From contig JBGPND010000001.1 of NCBI GenBank assembly GCA_041487355.1, forward strand, positions 17,791 through 81,790: a stretch of DNA of 64,000 nt. The letters run 5' to 3'. Shown here piece by piece: positions 18,293 to 27,721 of this stretch. Under the pieces are notes generated by a model, which was not told the DNA's origin, did no database searches, and saw only the letters and a program-made list of their open reading frames with translations. A program made the position numbers and the translations under genes. How positions within the stretch are numbered: the first letter of the stretch is position 1; each line of letters opens with the position of its first letter. The DNA comes from Acetobacteraceae bacterium (GTDB lineage Bacteria > Pseudomonadota > Alphaproteobacteria > Acetobacterales > Acetobacteraceae).

Positions 18293-19381
18293 TTGACCGC
18301 GACCTACACGCTGGCGGTGGACGCCATGGGTGGCGACCAAGCGCCGCTCATGGTGGTGGAAGGGCTGGAGATCGCCGCGGAGCGTCACCCGGGCGCGCGG
18401 TTCCTCCTGGTGGGCGATGAAGCCCAGCTTGCGCCGTTGCTCGATCGCCATCGCCGCGCCGCCGCCGCCTGCACGCTGCGGCATGCGCCCGAGGTGGTCG
18501 GCAACGACATGAAGCCTACCGCGGCGCTGCGCGTGCGCGGTTCGTCGATGCGCGTTGCCATCGATGCCGTCGCCGGCGGCGAGGCCTCCGGTGTCGTCAC
18601 CGCCGGCAACACCGGCGCGCTGCTGGCGCTGGCCAAGATCGTCATCAAGACGCTGCCGGGCATCGATCGGCCGGCGATGGCGGCGATCGGCCCCTCGGCG
18701 CGCGGCGACATAGTGATGCTCGACCTTGGCGCGAACGTGTCATGCGACGCGCGCAATCTGGTCGAGTTCGCGGTGATGGGCGACGTCTTCGCGCGCACCG
18801 TGCTCGGTCTGACGGCGCCCTCCATCGGCCTGCTCAATGTCGGCTCCGAGGAGCTGAAGGGCGACGATACGCTGCGCCTGGCCGCCGAAGCGCTGCGGGC
18901 CAGCCATATCGCGCCGCAATTCGTGGGCTTCGTGGAGGGCCACGACATCGCCGCCGGCACGACCGACGTGGTGGTGACCGACGGGTTCACCGGCAACGTC
19001 GCGCTGAAGACCGGCGAAGGGGCGCTGAAGCTGATCGGCGACCTGCTGCGCCAGGTGTTCCGCAGCAGCCTCGCCGCGCGCATCGCCTATCTGCTGGCGC
19101 GACCCGGGCTGGAGCGGCTGCGCGAATGGCTGGACCCGCGCCGCTACAACGGTGCCGTGATGCTCGGGCTGAACGGCGTCGTGGTGAAGTCGCATGGCGG
19201 CACGGACGCGCAGGGCTTCGCGCATGCGGTGGATGTGGCGATGGACATGGTCGTACACCGCTTCAACGACCATATCCGCGAGGACTTGACGCGAATCGCC
19301 GGATTGATGGCGCTGACTGCCAAGAACAGCACCCAGGACAAGGACGGCGGGCGCGCTGCACGCCTCGCCACCGCACCGTAG
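18293..19381 (+). CDS. plsX: phosphate acyltransferase PlsX
   Basis: TTG start; ...LAVDAMGGDQAP...GNTGAL...GFTGNVALKTGEG...; 362 aa. Confidence 0.93.
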   Translation: MTATYTLAVDAMGGDQAPLMVVEGLEIAAERHPGARFLLVGDEAQLAPLLDRHRRAAAACTLRHAPEVVGNDMKPTAALRVRGSSMRVAIDAVAGGEASGVVTAGNTGALLALAKIVIKTLPGIDRPAMAAIGPSARGDIVMLDLGANVSCDARNLVEFAVMGDVFARTVLGLTAPSIGLLNVGSEELKGDDTLRLAAEALRASHIAPQFVGFVEGHDIAAGTTDVVVTDGFTGNVALKTGEGALKLIGDLLRQVFRSSLAARIAYLLARPGLERLREWLDPRRYNGAVMLGLNGVVVKSHGGTDAQGFAHAVDVAMDMVVHRFNDHIREDLTRIAGLMALTAKNSTQDKDGGRAARLATAP

Positions 19382-19388
19382 GAAGACG

Positions 19389-20360
19389 ATGCCCATCCGC
19401 TCCATCCTCGCCGGTGTCGGCGGCTACCTGCCTGAGCGTATCGTCAGCAATGACGAGCTGTCCCGCACCATCGAGACGTCGGACGAGTGGATCAGGGAGC
19501 GCACCGGGATCCGTCAGCGCTACATCGCGGCGCCGCACGAGACCGCGGCGTTCATGGGCACCGAGGCGGCGCGCGCCGCCCTGCGGCATGCCGACGCCGA
19601 ACCTGCCGAGGTGGACGCGATCATCCTCGCCACCAGCACGCCGGACCAGGCGTTTCCGGCCACGGCGCTGCGCGTGCAGGCGGCGCTTGGGGTGCCGGGC
19701 GGGTTCGGCTTCGACCTCGCCGCGGCCTGCGCCGGCTTCATCTACGCGTTGTCGGTGGCCGACTGCATGATCCGCGTCGGCCAGGCGCGCGGGGTGCTGG
19801 TGATCGGCAGCGAGGTCTACTCGCGCATCATGAACTGGCAGGATCGCGGCACCTGCGTGCTGTTCGGCGACGGCGCGGGCGCGGTGTTCCTGCGCGCTGG
19901 CAAGGGCAGCGGCAGTATCGACCGCGGCATCCTGTCCACCCACCTGCACGCGCAGGGTACCCTGGGTGACATCCTGTATGTGGATGGAGCGGTCGGGCGC
20001 CACGACCGGCCGGGCCATCTGGTGATGAACGGGCGTGAGGTGTTTCGCCACGCGGTGACGCGGCTCGCCGAGGCGGTGGACGAGGCGCTCGCCGCCAACG
20101 GCCTGACCAGGCGCGACGTCGATTGGCTCGTGCCGCACCAGGCCAATCTCAGGATCATCGACGCGATGGGCCGCAAGCTCGGCCTGCCACAGGAGCGGGT
20201 GGTGATCACCGTGGACCGCCATGCCAACACGTCCGCTGCCTCGGTGCCGCTCGCGCTCGCCGAGGCGTGCCAGGACGGGCGCATCCGCCAGGGCGACCTG
20301 GTGCTGATGGAGGCGCTGGGCGGCGGCCTGACCTGGGGCTCCGCCCTGGTGCGCATGTGA
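19389..20360 (+). CDS. fabH: beta-ketoacyl-ACP synthase III
   Basis: ...DLAAACAGFIYAL (active-site Cys)...VPHQANLRII...GNTSAAS...; 323 aa. Confidence 0.95.
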   Translation: MPIRSILAGVGGYLPERIVSNDELSRTIETSDEWIRERTGIRQRYIAAPHETAAFMGTEAARAALRHADAEPAEVDAIILATSTPDQAFPATALRVQAALGVPGGFGFDLAAACAGFIYALSVADCMIRVGQARGVLVIGSEVYSRIMNWQDRGTCVLFGDGAGAVFLRAGKGSGSIDRGILSTHLHAQGTLGDILYVDGAVGRHDRPGHLVMNGREVFRHAVTRLAEAVDEALAANGLTRRDVDWLVPHQANLRIIDAMGRKLGLPQERVVITVDRHANTSAASVPLALAEACQDGRIRQGDLVLMEALGGGLTWGSALVRM

Positions 20361-20464
20361 ATTCTGTGACTCGCTGCCGACGCTTGCCTGCAACATCCTG
20401 ATCCTGATCGATTTTGCTTCGCTAATTGCTTGACGGCGGGGCACCGGCTGCCTAGCGTTCACGG

Positions 20465-20776
20465 ATGCAGACCGTCACGCGCGCGCATCTGGCCGAGACG
20501 ATCTATACCCAGGTTGGTCTGTCCCGGAACGAGTCCGCCGATCTGCTGGAGACGGTATTGGAGCGTGTGGCAGCCACGCTAGAAGCCGGAGAATCCGTCA
20601 AGATCAGTGGGTTCGGAACTTTTTCTGTGCGCCAGAAGGGCCGCAGGGTGGGACGCAATCCAAAGACCGGCAAGGAAGTGCCCATCCTGCCGCGCCGCGT
20701 CCTGGTGTTCCGCCCGAGCCATGTCTTGAAGGCGCGGGTGAACGGCACTGTTCCTGCTCAGGGTGAGGACGAATGA
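20465..20776 (+). CDS. ihfA: integration host factor subunit alpha
   Basis: ...[40 protein letters not shown]...; 103 aa. Confidence 0.93.
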   Translation: MQTVTRAHLAETIYTQVGLSRNESADLLETVLERVAATLEAGESVKISGFGTFSVRQKGRRVGRNPKTGKEVPILPRRVLVFRPSHVLKARVNGTVPAQGEDE

Positions 20777-21309
20777 GCGACCCGGCCGAAGGGCTTGCGT
20801 CGCCTCCAGGCGGGCGCGCCCGGCCGAAGAAGGCGCCGAACGCATTTCGCACGATCAGCGAGGTGGCGGACGAACTGCATATACCGCAACACGTCCTCCG
20901 CTTCTGGGAAACGAAGTTCCCTCAGGTGAAGCCGCTGAAGCGCGGCGGCGGTCGGCGCTACTACCGGCCGGACGATATCGCGCTGCTGCGCCGGATCTCC
21001 GATCTGCTTTACATCCAGGGCTATACGATCAAGGGCGTGCAGCGGCTGCTGCGTGAGGGTGGCGGCAAGCTGTCGGACGACATTCCGCCTCCCAGCGCGG
21101 ACGAACTGGAGGCGGCCGAGGCGGAACGGGCGGCTACGGTGCCCTTCGAGCCGGAGCTGCCGATGCCAGGCTTGGCCCCTCCCGCGCTACAGCCCCTAGC
21201 GGCGAGGATCAACGTGCGGCCGAAGGTGGATCCGGAAACCGAGCGCCTGCGTGCTCTGCTGGCCGAGACCCTGCGGGAACTGGAGGCGTTGCGAGCCCTG
21301 CTGCCCTGA
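20773..21309 (+). CDS. MerR family transcriptional regulator (ihfA-linked type)
   Basis: ATG overlaps the ihfA stop. [45 protein letters not shown] is a MerR HTH. Confidence 0.85.
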   Translation: MSDPAEGLASPPGGRARPKKAPNAFRTISEVADELHIPQHVLRFWETKFPQVKPLKRGGGRRYYRPDDIALLRRISDLLYIQGYTIKGVQRLLREGGGKLSDDIPPPSADELEAAEAERAATVPFEPELPMPGLAPPALQPLAARINVRPKVDPETERLRALLAETLRELEALRALLP

Positions 21310-21358
21310 GCGGCGTTGCGGCGATGATCCGCCGCTGGTAAACGAGCAGCTCCACGGT

Positions 21359-21435
21359 CGGAGCGTAGCGCAGCCTGGTAGCGCATCAGTCTGGGGGACT
21401 GGGGGTCGTGGGTTCAAATCCCGCCGCTCCGACCA
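21359..21435 (+). tRNA. tRNA-Pro (anticodon GGG)
   Basis: I folded a 77-nt cloverleaf by hand. The acceptor stem CGGAGCG/CGCTCCG is fully paired, the D stem is GCGC/GCGC, the anticodon loop is CTGGGGG, the T arm is GTGGG-TTCAAAT-CCCGC, and CCA is encoded. Confidence 0.93.
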
Positions 21436-21452
21436 ATGGTCTCGATGCGCCG

Positions 21453-21578
21453 CCTGGGTCCCCGCTTGCTCGGGGATGACAACCTATTGGATCGGTCCGC
21501 CCTTTTTCGTCATCCCCGCGAATGCTTTCGTCATCCCCGCGAATGCTTTCGTCATCCCCGCGAAAGCGGGGACCCAGG
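21453..21578. mobile_element. MITE-like element with 28-nt hairpin-containing terminal inverted repeats
   Basis: The left end is cctgggtccccgcttgctcggggatgac. The right end is gtcatccccgcgaaagcggggacccagg, its reverse complement except for the 4-nt hairpin loop. It starts 17 nt after tRNA-Pro. The left end recurs at 2081-2117. Confidence 0.75.
21509..21571. repeat. 21-bp tandem repeat (about 3 copies) inside the MITE-like element
   Basis: gtcatccccgcgaatgctttc occurs twice, then gtcatccccgcgaaagcgggg. The first 14 nt of the right terminal repeat are triplicated. Confidence 0.9.
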
Positions 21579-21600
21579 GGCGCAATAGCCGCTCGATGGC

Positions 21601-22146
21601 TCACTCCTTGGCGGGGCGGTCCGCGTGTGGCAGCGCAGCTTCGATGATCTGCACCGCACGGCCCCGGTCGCCGGCGCTCAGCGCATGCAACGCTTGCTCG
21701 ATCTCGTCGACCAAGAGGTCCTTGATAGGGGCGCTGGTCTGAAACAATGGCACCGACCGATCCAGCGCCCTCGTCTCGGCCATTTCGAGCGCCTGCTGCG
21801 CCTCGCCGGTGCGGCTGACCAGCAGCGCGGAACGCGCCGCCAGCAGATAGTCGCGTGTCGAGGCATTCTCGCCGATCGCCGGCGACGGGAGGTTCGGCGC
21901 GATGACCGAGGTGGTGTCCTCCGGCGTGATGTTGCCGGCCTTCTCAGACCTCGGCAGCGAGGCGCCAGTGCCAATTTCGTTGCCCGGCCGGGCGCCCGTC
22001 TCCGGATTGGCCCCCGGCGGCACACCCAGGACCAAAGGACGTTGCGCCGGCTGCGCGAACGAAGCCGACGCGATAACTCCGATCAGCACCGCAAACAGTC
22101 CCGCCAACAGCCGCATCGCCCGCATCTCCTGACGCCTCGATCGCAA
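21601..22146 (-). CDS. hypothetical secreted protein
   Basis: Signal peptide MRLLAGLFAVLIGVIASASFAQ, then a low-complexity N-terminal half and a helical C-terminal half. I recognise no family. Confidence 0.5.
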   Translation of the reverse strand: MRSRRQEMRAMRLLAGLFAVLIGVIASASFAQPAQRPLVLGVPPGANPETGARPGNEIGTGASLPRSEKAGNITPEDTTSVIAPNLPSPAIGENASTRDYLLAARSALLVSRTGEAQQALEMAETRALDRSVPLFQTSAPIKDLLVDEIEQALHALSAGDRGRAVQIIEAALPHADRPAKE

Positions 22147-22206
22147 TCGATCGCTTCGCTGACACAGTGACTCGAAACGGCGAGCCGCGCCAAGCCGCGA
22201 GGTAGC

Positions 22207-23049
22207 TCAGGGCTCCACGACCAGCACGGGAACGCCACGCGAGGCAGCAATATGCGAGGACACCGCCGCATCGTCCACACCGCAGGCGCCGCGGGCCAGC
22301 ACGACCAGGCGTTCGTTGCCCGCATCCAGCCCTTGCAGGACATCCTCCGGCGTCACGCCGGGAATGCTGCGCACGACGATCCGCTGGGATGGCAGCCCGG
22401 TGGCGCGCGCCTGCGCGGCCGCATCACTTGCGAGCTCCGGCGGGCCCGAGACGAGCAGCAGCAGGGTCTCGCCCGCCGCCGCAGCGATGCGCGCCGCGAT
22501 GTGCAGAGCGGGATCCGACCTGGCGCACACCACCGCCGCCACCGGACCCTGCCTACGCACCAGCGCTTGCGGCACCAGCATCACCGAGGCGGCGCAGCCA
22601 TGCGCTGCCTCCAGCCAATGCGTTGTGGCATGCACCAGACGCTCCGCCGGCAACCTCGGCTGCGCCACGACGATGATGTCGCCCGCCTGCGATGTCGCGG
22701 CAATGAACAGGGCGGGATCGCCGCTGACCACCTCGAACAGCCGCACGATGCCCAGCGCGCCGGCCACCTCGTCGAGCAACCGTTGCGCCTCGCTGGCCGC
22801 CGCGCGCTGCTCGTCTGCAATCCGTTCGCGGTCCAGCTTGTGCCAGGCGCCGGTCGCCAGGCGGAACTCGCGAATGAAAGGCAGTTCAGCGAGTTCGGGC
22901 AGCGCCTCCTCCTCGAGGAAGACGCCATGCAGAGCGAGGCCAAGCAGCTGCGCGAGTTCCGCCGCCGCGCGGATGATCGCCCGTTCGGCCGCACCATGAT
23001 GCAGGTCCAGGATGACCTGGTGGTGCTGCGATCCGGCTGCCATGCTCAC
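22207..23049 (-). CDS. tandem universal-stress-protein-like (USP fold) protein
   Basis: 280 aa, consistent with two ~140-aa halves. The C-terminus ...LVVLARGACGVDDAAVSSHIAASRGVPVLVVEP resembles USP C-termini. The start overlaps the upstream stop by 4 nt. Confidence 0.45.
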   Translation of the reverse strand: MSMAAGSQHHQVILDLHHGAAERAIIRAAAELAQLLGLALHGVFLEEEALPELAELPFIREFRLATGAWHKLDRERIADEQRAAASEAQRLLDEVAGALGIVRLFEVVSGDPALFIAATSQAGDIIVVAQPRLPAERLVHATTHWLEAAHGCAASVMLVPQALVRRQGPVAAVVCARSDPALHIAARIAAAAGETLLLLVSGPPELASDAAAQARATGLPSQRIVVRSIPGVTPEDVLQGLDAGNERLVVLARGACGVDDAAVSSHIAASRGVPVLVVEP

Positions 23050-25505
23050 GTCCCGCCGGATGCTTCGGGCGGCGCGTCACGGCCGAACGCCTGCCGGGCC
23101 TTGGCGAACGCCGCAAGCCGGTCCTCCACCAGCCGGTTCACGCTCCCCTCCGGATACTTGCCGTCGCCGCCGCGCTCGCCCGCCGCGCGTCCGGTCAGCA
23201 ATTGGATGCCCTGGTCGATCGTGCGAACCGGAAAGACCGCGAAGCGCCCCGCGGCGCAGGCTTCCACCACGTCGGCCCGCAACATCAGATGCTGCGCATT
23301 CGATTCCGGGATCAGCACGCCCTGCGTTCCGGTCAACCCGCGCGCGGCGCAGACATCGAAGAACCCCTCGATCTTTTCGTTCACGCCGCCGATCGCCTGC
23401 ACCCTGCCATGCTGGTCGACCGATCCGGTCACCGCCAGGTCCTGACGCAGTGGCACCTCCGCCAGCACGGACAGCAGCGCGTAGAGTTCCGCCGACGAAG
23501 CGCTGTCGCCTTCGACGCCGCCATAGGATTGCTCGAACACCAGGCTGGCATACAGCGACATCGGCGTGTCGAGCGCATAGCGGCCACCCAGGAAGCCGCT
23601 CAGGATCAGCACACCCTTGGAATGGATCGGCCCGCCGAGTTCTACCTCGCGCTCGATATCGACAATGCGGCCGGCACCGGGCCGCACGCGCGACGTGATC
23701 CGCGTCGGCTGGCCGAACGCGTGGCCGGCGAGCGACAACACGCTGAGCCCGTTGATCTGGCCGACGCGGCTTCCTGTCGTGGCGATCAGCGCGATGTCGC
23801 GCAGGATCATCTCGCGGCCGCGTTCCTCCACGCGCGAGGCCCGGCGGCGCTGCTGCGCGATCGCCTGCTCAACGTCGACACGCGTCACGACGCCGCGGCC
23901 CCCCTGCCCCGCGCAATAGGACGCCTCGGCGACCAAATCGTGGATGCTCTCGACCAGCAGCGTGAGCTTGCTGGCATCGTCGGCCAGCCGCGCCGCATGC
24001 TCGATCACCCGCGCCACGCCGCCGCGATCGAGCGGCTTCAATCCGGCCCCCGCGGCGATCGAGCCGATCAGCCTTGCAATCATCGCCTCGCTCGCCGGCG
24101 AGCGGTCGACGTCGTCGTCGAAATCGGCGAGCACCTTGAAATGCTGCGCGGTGTCCGGATCGAGCGATGCCAGCATGTAGTAGAGCATGCGATCGCCGAA
24201 CAGCACGACCTTCACGTCGAGCGGAATCGGATCCGGTTCGAGCGTGACGGTCGTGGTCATGCCCATGAACCGCGCGACATCCTCGATCACGATCTCCTGC
24301 CGCAACAGGGCGCGCTTCAGCGCGGCCCAGCTCAGCGGCTCGGTGAGCAGGTTGCGCAGGTCGATCATGAGTGCGCCGCCATTGGCGCGGTGCAGGCTGC
24401 CCGCCTTGATCAGGCGGAAATTCGTCACCAGCGCGCCCTGCACGGCGAGATGCTCGATGCGGCCGACAAGATTGCTCAGCGTCGGATGCACGTCCTCGAT
24501 CACCGGGGCGCCAGCCTCGCCGTCCGTCCGGGTGACCAGCACGTTGACCTCATAGCGATCGAACAGGCTGCCAAGCCGCATGCCGCCGAGCGCAGCCTCC
24601 TCACCCGTAGCCTGCGGATTGATGAACAGCGCGACGTTTTCCAGGATGTCGGCCTGGATCGCTTCGAGGTGCTGCACGACCTTCGGCAGATCGGCAAAGC
24701 GCGACTTGCAGTCCTCGATCGGCTGCGCGATGGCGAAGCGTGCGGTCTCGCGATCGAGCTCGCGCACCGCGTCGCGCTGTTCCCGCTCCAGGCGGGGAAG
24801 CGCGCGCAGCGTCTCCTCGAGGTCCTTTTCCAGCTCCTCGATCGCCGTCTGCACCGCGTGCCGCTGCTCGGCCGGCCAGGCGTTGAACTCGGCGGGCGGC
24901 ACCACCTGGCCGTCCTTCATCGGCGCCATGGCAAAGCCCATCGGCGTGCGCAGGATCGCGATCCCTTTGGCCGTGGCCTTGTCGCGCAGCGCGGAGAACG
25001 CGTGCTCGTTCCGGCCGCGGATCTGTTGCTCGATGGCGCTGCGGCGCTTCTGGTAGTCCTCGCTCTCGAACGCCCCCGGCAGCGAGACCTTCAGGTCGTC
25101 GATCAGATCGTCCACCGCCTTGTCCAGCGCTGGCGCCCGGCCAGGCGGCAGCGAGATCGCCACGGGCCGATGCGGCGTGACGAAATTGTTGACATAGACC
25201 CAGTCGGACGGCTTGGGGCGCTTGCCGGCGGCATCATCGAGCAGGGCGCGCACCGATCCCTGGATGTGTGCGCCGATTGCACCGATTGCGAAGATGTTGA
25301 AGCCGCGCACGCCCATCTCGGTGCCGAAGCGGATGGCCTCGTGTGCGCGCGGCTGATCGACCAGCTCGCGCAGCGGCGCCAACTCCTCCGTCGTCGCGAA
25401 GCTCAGCGCCGTGAGGTCAGCCGGACGGTACAGGCGTTCCGGCGGGAGCGGTGAAGCAGGGTCCAGAGGTGGCATCGGGCCGGACTCTGGCGCGTCTGCC
25501 GGCAT
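23046..25505 (-). CDS. Lon-like protease, YcbZ/LonH (LonC-like) family with N-terminal AAA-like region
   Basis: 819 aa. LHRANGGALMIDLRNLLTEPLSWAALKRAL resembles E. coli YcbZ. The protease dyad context is VEGDSASSAELYALLS and GGVNEKIEGFF. The putative P-loop reads GAIGAHIQ and lacks GK[ST]. Confidence 0.8.
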   Translation of the reverse strand: MPADAPESGPMPPLDPASPLPPERLYRPADLTALSFATTEELAPLRELVDQPRAHEAIRFGTEMGVRGFNIFAIGAIGAHIQGSVRALLDDAAGKRPKPSDWVYVNNFVTPHRPVAISLPPGRAPALDKAVDDLIDDLKVSLPGAFESEDYQKRRSAIEQQIRGRNEHAFSALRDKATAKGIAILRTPMGFAMAPMKDGQVVPPAEFNAWPAEQRHAVQTAIEELEKDLEETLRALPRLEREQRDAVRELDRETARFAIAQPIEDCKSRFADLPKVVQHLEAIQADILENVALFINPQATGEEAALGGMRLGSLFDRYEVNVLVTRTDGEAGAPVIEDVHPTLSNLVGRIEHLAVQGALVTNFRLIKAGSLHRANGGALMIDLRNLLTEPLSWAALKRALLRQEIVIEDVARFMGMTTTVTLEPDPIPLDVKVVLFGDRMLYYMLASLDPDTAQHFKVLADFDDDVDRSPASEAMIARLIGSIAAGAGLKPLDRGGVARVIEHAARLADDASKLTLLVESIHDLVAEASYCAGQGGRGVVTRVDVEQAIAQQRRRASRVEERGREMILRDIALIATTGSRVGQINGLSVLSLAGHAFGQPTRITSRVRPGAGRIVDIEREVELGGPIHSKGVLILSGFLGGRYALDTPMSLYASLVFEQSYGGVEGDSASSAELYALLSVLAEVPLRQDLAVTGSVDQHGRVQAIGGVNEKIEGFFDVCAARGLTGTQGVLIPESNAQHLMLRADVVEACAAGRFAVFPVRTIDQGIQLLTGRAAGERGGDGKYPEGSVNRLVEDRLAAFAKARQAFGRDAPPEASGGT

Positions 25506-25527
25506 TCGGCAAACGGCCAGGGCGAAG

Positions 25528-25788
25528 CTACGCGTACGCCATCCGCGCCGCGCGATCCAGGCGACTGGTCAGATAGCCGAGGTGGCGCAGCAGCGATGGC
25601 AGCGCGGGACGCGGCGGCAACGGCGCGTCCTGCAGAATACCCAACCATCGGTGCCAGTCATCCTGCGAAAGACGCAACGATTGGCGCTGCCGGTCCGCAT
25701 CCATACCGGTCTGCTCGGCCATGCTGAGGAACAGGCGCAGCTCCTGCCGCGCAACATCCGCTGCCCCCAGGTATCCAGCACCTGACAT
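25528..25788 (-). CDS. small hypothetical protein upstream of the Lon-like gene
   Basis: I chose ATG 25788 (MSGAGYLGAADVARQELRLFLSMAEQTG...), giving 86 aa, 22 nt upstream of the Lon-like start. Any resemblance to N-terminal parts of DUF2384-type antitoxins is faint. Confidence 0.4.
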   Translation of the reverse strand: MSGAGYLGAADVARQELRLFLSMAEQTGMDADRQRQSLRLSQDDWHRWLGILQDAPLPPRPALPSLLRHLGYLTSRLDRAARMAYA

Positions 25789-25940
25789 GACACGTCTCCC
25801 TCGTTCGACACGCTGCCCGGCAGAGCACGCATCGCGCTGCCGGGTTGCGCACATCATGGATGCTTTGGCGGCGCAGTCATTGACCTACTTCACACTTCGC
25901 GCAGATATCGACGCCAAAGCAGCGCCATGGGGGACGTCCG

Positions 25941-26768
25941 ATGCTGATTGTCGATGCGCAGGTGCATATCTGGGCCGCCGACCGGCCCGATCGGCCCTGG
26001 CCCTCATCCGGCCGCAGCGCGCCGCATCGCAGCGAGCCGTTCTCCGCCGATGACCTGCTGGCCGAGATGAACAGTGCCGGCGTTGACAGAGTCGTGATCG
26101 TGCCGCCGTCCTGGGAAGGCGACCGCAACGACCTGGCGCTGGAAGCGTGCCGGGAACATCCCGAGCGGTTCGCGATCATGGGCCGGCTCGATCCGGACCC
26201 TGCGAACGCGCCGATGCTGGCGAGCTGGCGCGCCCAGCCCGGCATGCTTGGCATGCGATTCACGCTGCGCCCCGAGCACAGTTGGGTCACCGATGGCTCG
26301 ACCGACTGGCTGTGGCAGGGCGCCGAACGGCACGGCCTGCCGGTGATGATGTCCTGCCCTGGCATGCTCGAAGTCGTCGACCGGATTGCCGAGCGCTACC
26401 CGGGGCTCCGGCTGGTGGTCGACCACCTCGCTCTCGCTCGTGCGAAGGACGCGGCGGCCTTCGCCGACCTGCCGAATCTGCTGGCGCTGGCGAAGCGGCC
26501 GAACGTCGCCGCGAAGGCGTCCGCCCTGCCCTGCTATTCCTCGGAGAGCTATCCGTATCGCAACCTGCACCCCTACATCCGCCAGGTGTTCGATGCGTTC
26601 GGCCCGCGGCGTACCTTCTGGGGCACCGACCTCACCCGCCTGCCTTGCAGCTATCGCCAGGGGATCACGTTCTTCACCGAGGAGCTGCCGTTTCTCTCCG
26701 AGGCGGACAAGGAGTGGGTGATGGGGCGGGCGGTATGCGAGTGGCTTGGCTGGAAACTGCCTGCATAG
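25941..26768 (+). CDS. amidohydrolase family protein (amidohydrolase_2 / ACMSD-like)
   Basis: MLIVDAQVHIW... N-terminus, with ...VVDHLA... and ...FWGTD... motifs; 275 aa. Confidence 0.8.
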   Translation: MLIVDAQVHIWAADRPDRPWPSSGRSAPHRSEPFSADDLLAEMNSAGVDRVVIVPPSWEGDRNDLALEACREHPERFAIMGRLDPDPANAPMLASWRAQPGMLGMRFTLRPEHSWVTDGSTDWLWQGAERHGLPVMMSCPGMLEVVDRIAERYPGLRLVVDHLALARAKDAAAFADLPNLLALAKRPNVAAKASALPCYSSESYPYRNLHPYIRQVFDAFGPRRTFWGTDLTRLPCSYRQGITFFTEELPFLSEADKEWVMGRAVCEWLGWKLPA

Positions 26769-26777
26769 GAGGACGTC

Positions 26778-27656
26778 GTGGCGAGATTTGTCATCGCACC
26801 ACATATGCGGCTGCACGAGTGGGTCGCCGAGGAGAAGGGCTATTTCGCCGAAGCGGGGCTCGATTACGAATTCCGCGACGAGTTGTTCTCCGCGACCGGA
26901 CGGCGTCATGACCTCGGCGACCGGGTCGGCGCCTACCAGACGTTCGAGAAGGGCCGCAGCTCCGACGTGAGCTGTGCCTGCCACTGGACGGTGAACGTCG
27001 CCGCCTCGGTCGGACACGGCAAGCTCTATGCCGACTGCTATTCGGTGGCGCCGGCGGGGATCTTCGTGCCGGCGGATTCCCCCGTCACGTCGCCCGAGCA
27101 GCTTGCGGGTGTGCCGATCTCGGTGGGCTATCAGTCGGGCAGCCACTACGCGACGATCCAGGCGCTCGAGCAGTACATGCCGCTCGCCGACATCAAGCTG
27201 TCATTCTTCGACGGGTTGCTGTTCCGGCGGATGGAGAAGCTGATCGACCGCGAGGTGCCGGCCGTGTCGCTGTTCAGCGGGCCGTACTACTTCGCCGAGC
27301 AGCTTGGCTTCCGCAAGGTGATCGACACGACGTTCATGATGGCGTCGATGATCACGGGCGATCCGGACCTGGAGGATGTGCGCCACTATTTCGGAGCGCT
27401 GCGGCGCGCCCAGCGCGACATCGACTTGCGCCCGGAGCTCTATACGAAGCATTACCGGCACGAATTCCCCGAGCGTTTCCACGCGGTCATGGACACGCGG
27501 CGCTGGGGTCCGGGCGAGCGTCTGGTGTTCGAGCCTTACACCAGGGAGGTGTTCGAGCAGGCGTTCAACTGGATCGCCGAACGCGAGATCTTTGCGCCGG
27601 GCCAGATGGGGACGGGACAATACGAGAGCGCCGTCCTGTCGTTGGCGGAAGGCTGA
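26778..27656 (+). CDS. NMT1/THI5-like (periplasmic-binding-protein fold) protein without signal peptide
   Basis: GTG start with AGGAGGA upstream; 292 aa. ...GVPISVGYQSGSHYATIQALE... is typical of the NMT1/SsuA-like fold. The N-terminus MARFVIAPHMRLHEW has no hydrophobic leader. Confidence 0.6.
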   Translation: MARFVIAPHMRLHEWVAEEKGYFAEAGLDYEFRDELFSATGRRHDLGDRVGAYQTFEKGRSSDVSCACHWTVNVAASVGHGKLYADCYSVAPAGIFVPADSPVTSPEQLAGVPISVGYQSGSHYATIQALEQYMPLADIKLSFFDGLLFRRMEKLIDREVPAVSLFSGPYYFAEQLGFRKVIDTTFMMASMITGDPDLEDVRHYFGALRRAQRDIDLRPELYTKHYRHEFPERFHAVMDTRRWGPGERLVFEPYTREVFEQAFNWIAEREIFAPGQMGTGQYESAVLSLAEG

Positions 27657-27721
27657 TCGCCGCCAGACTGTCAGAGCGGCCGACCGATCGCCGACGCCTC
27701 ATGGTCGGCGATGGCGTAAGC

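Noticed and set aside
21509-21571. CRISPR-like array.
   Set aside because: There are only three directly abutting 21-bp units with no unique spacers. It is a tandem duplication of a terminal repeat.
21436-25900. tRNA-Pro-linked genomic island covering the secreted protein, USP and Lon-like genes.
   Set aside because: I saw no integrase, no repeat of the tRNA 3' end downstream, and no compositional change relative to the backbone. Only the MITE-like element sits at the tRNA.
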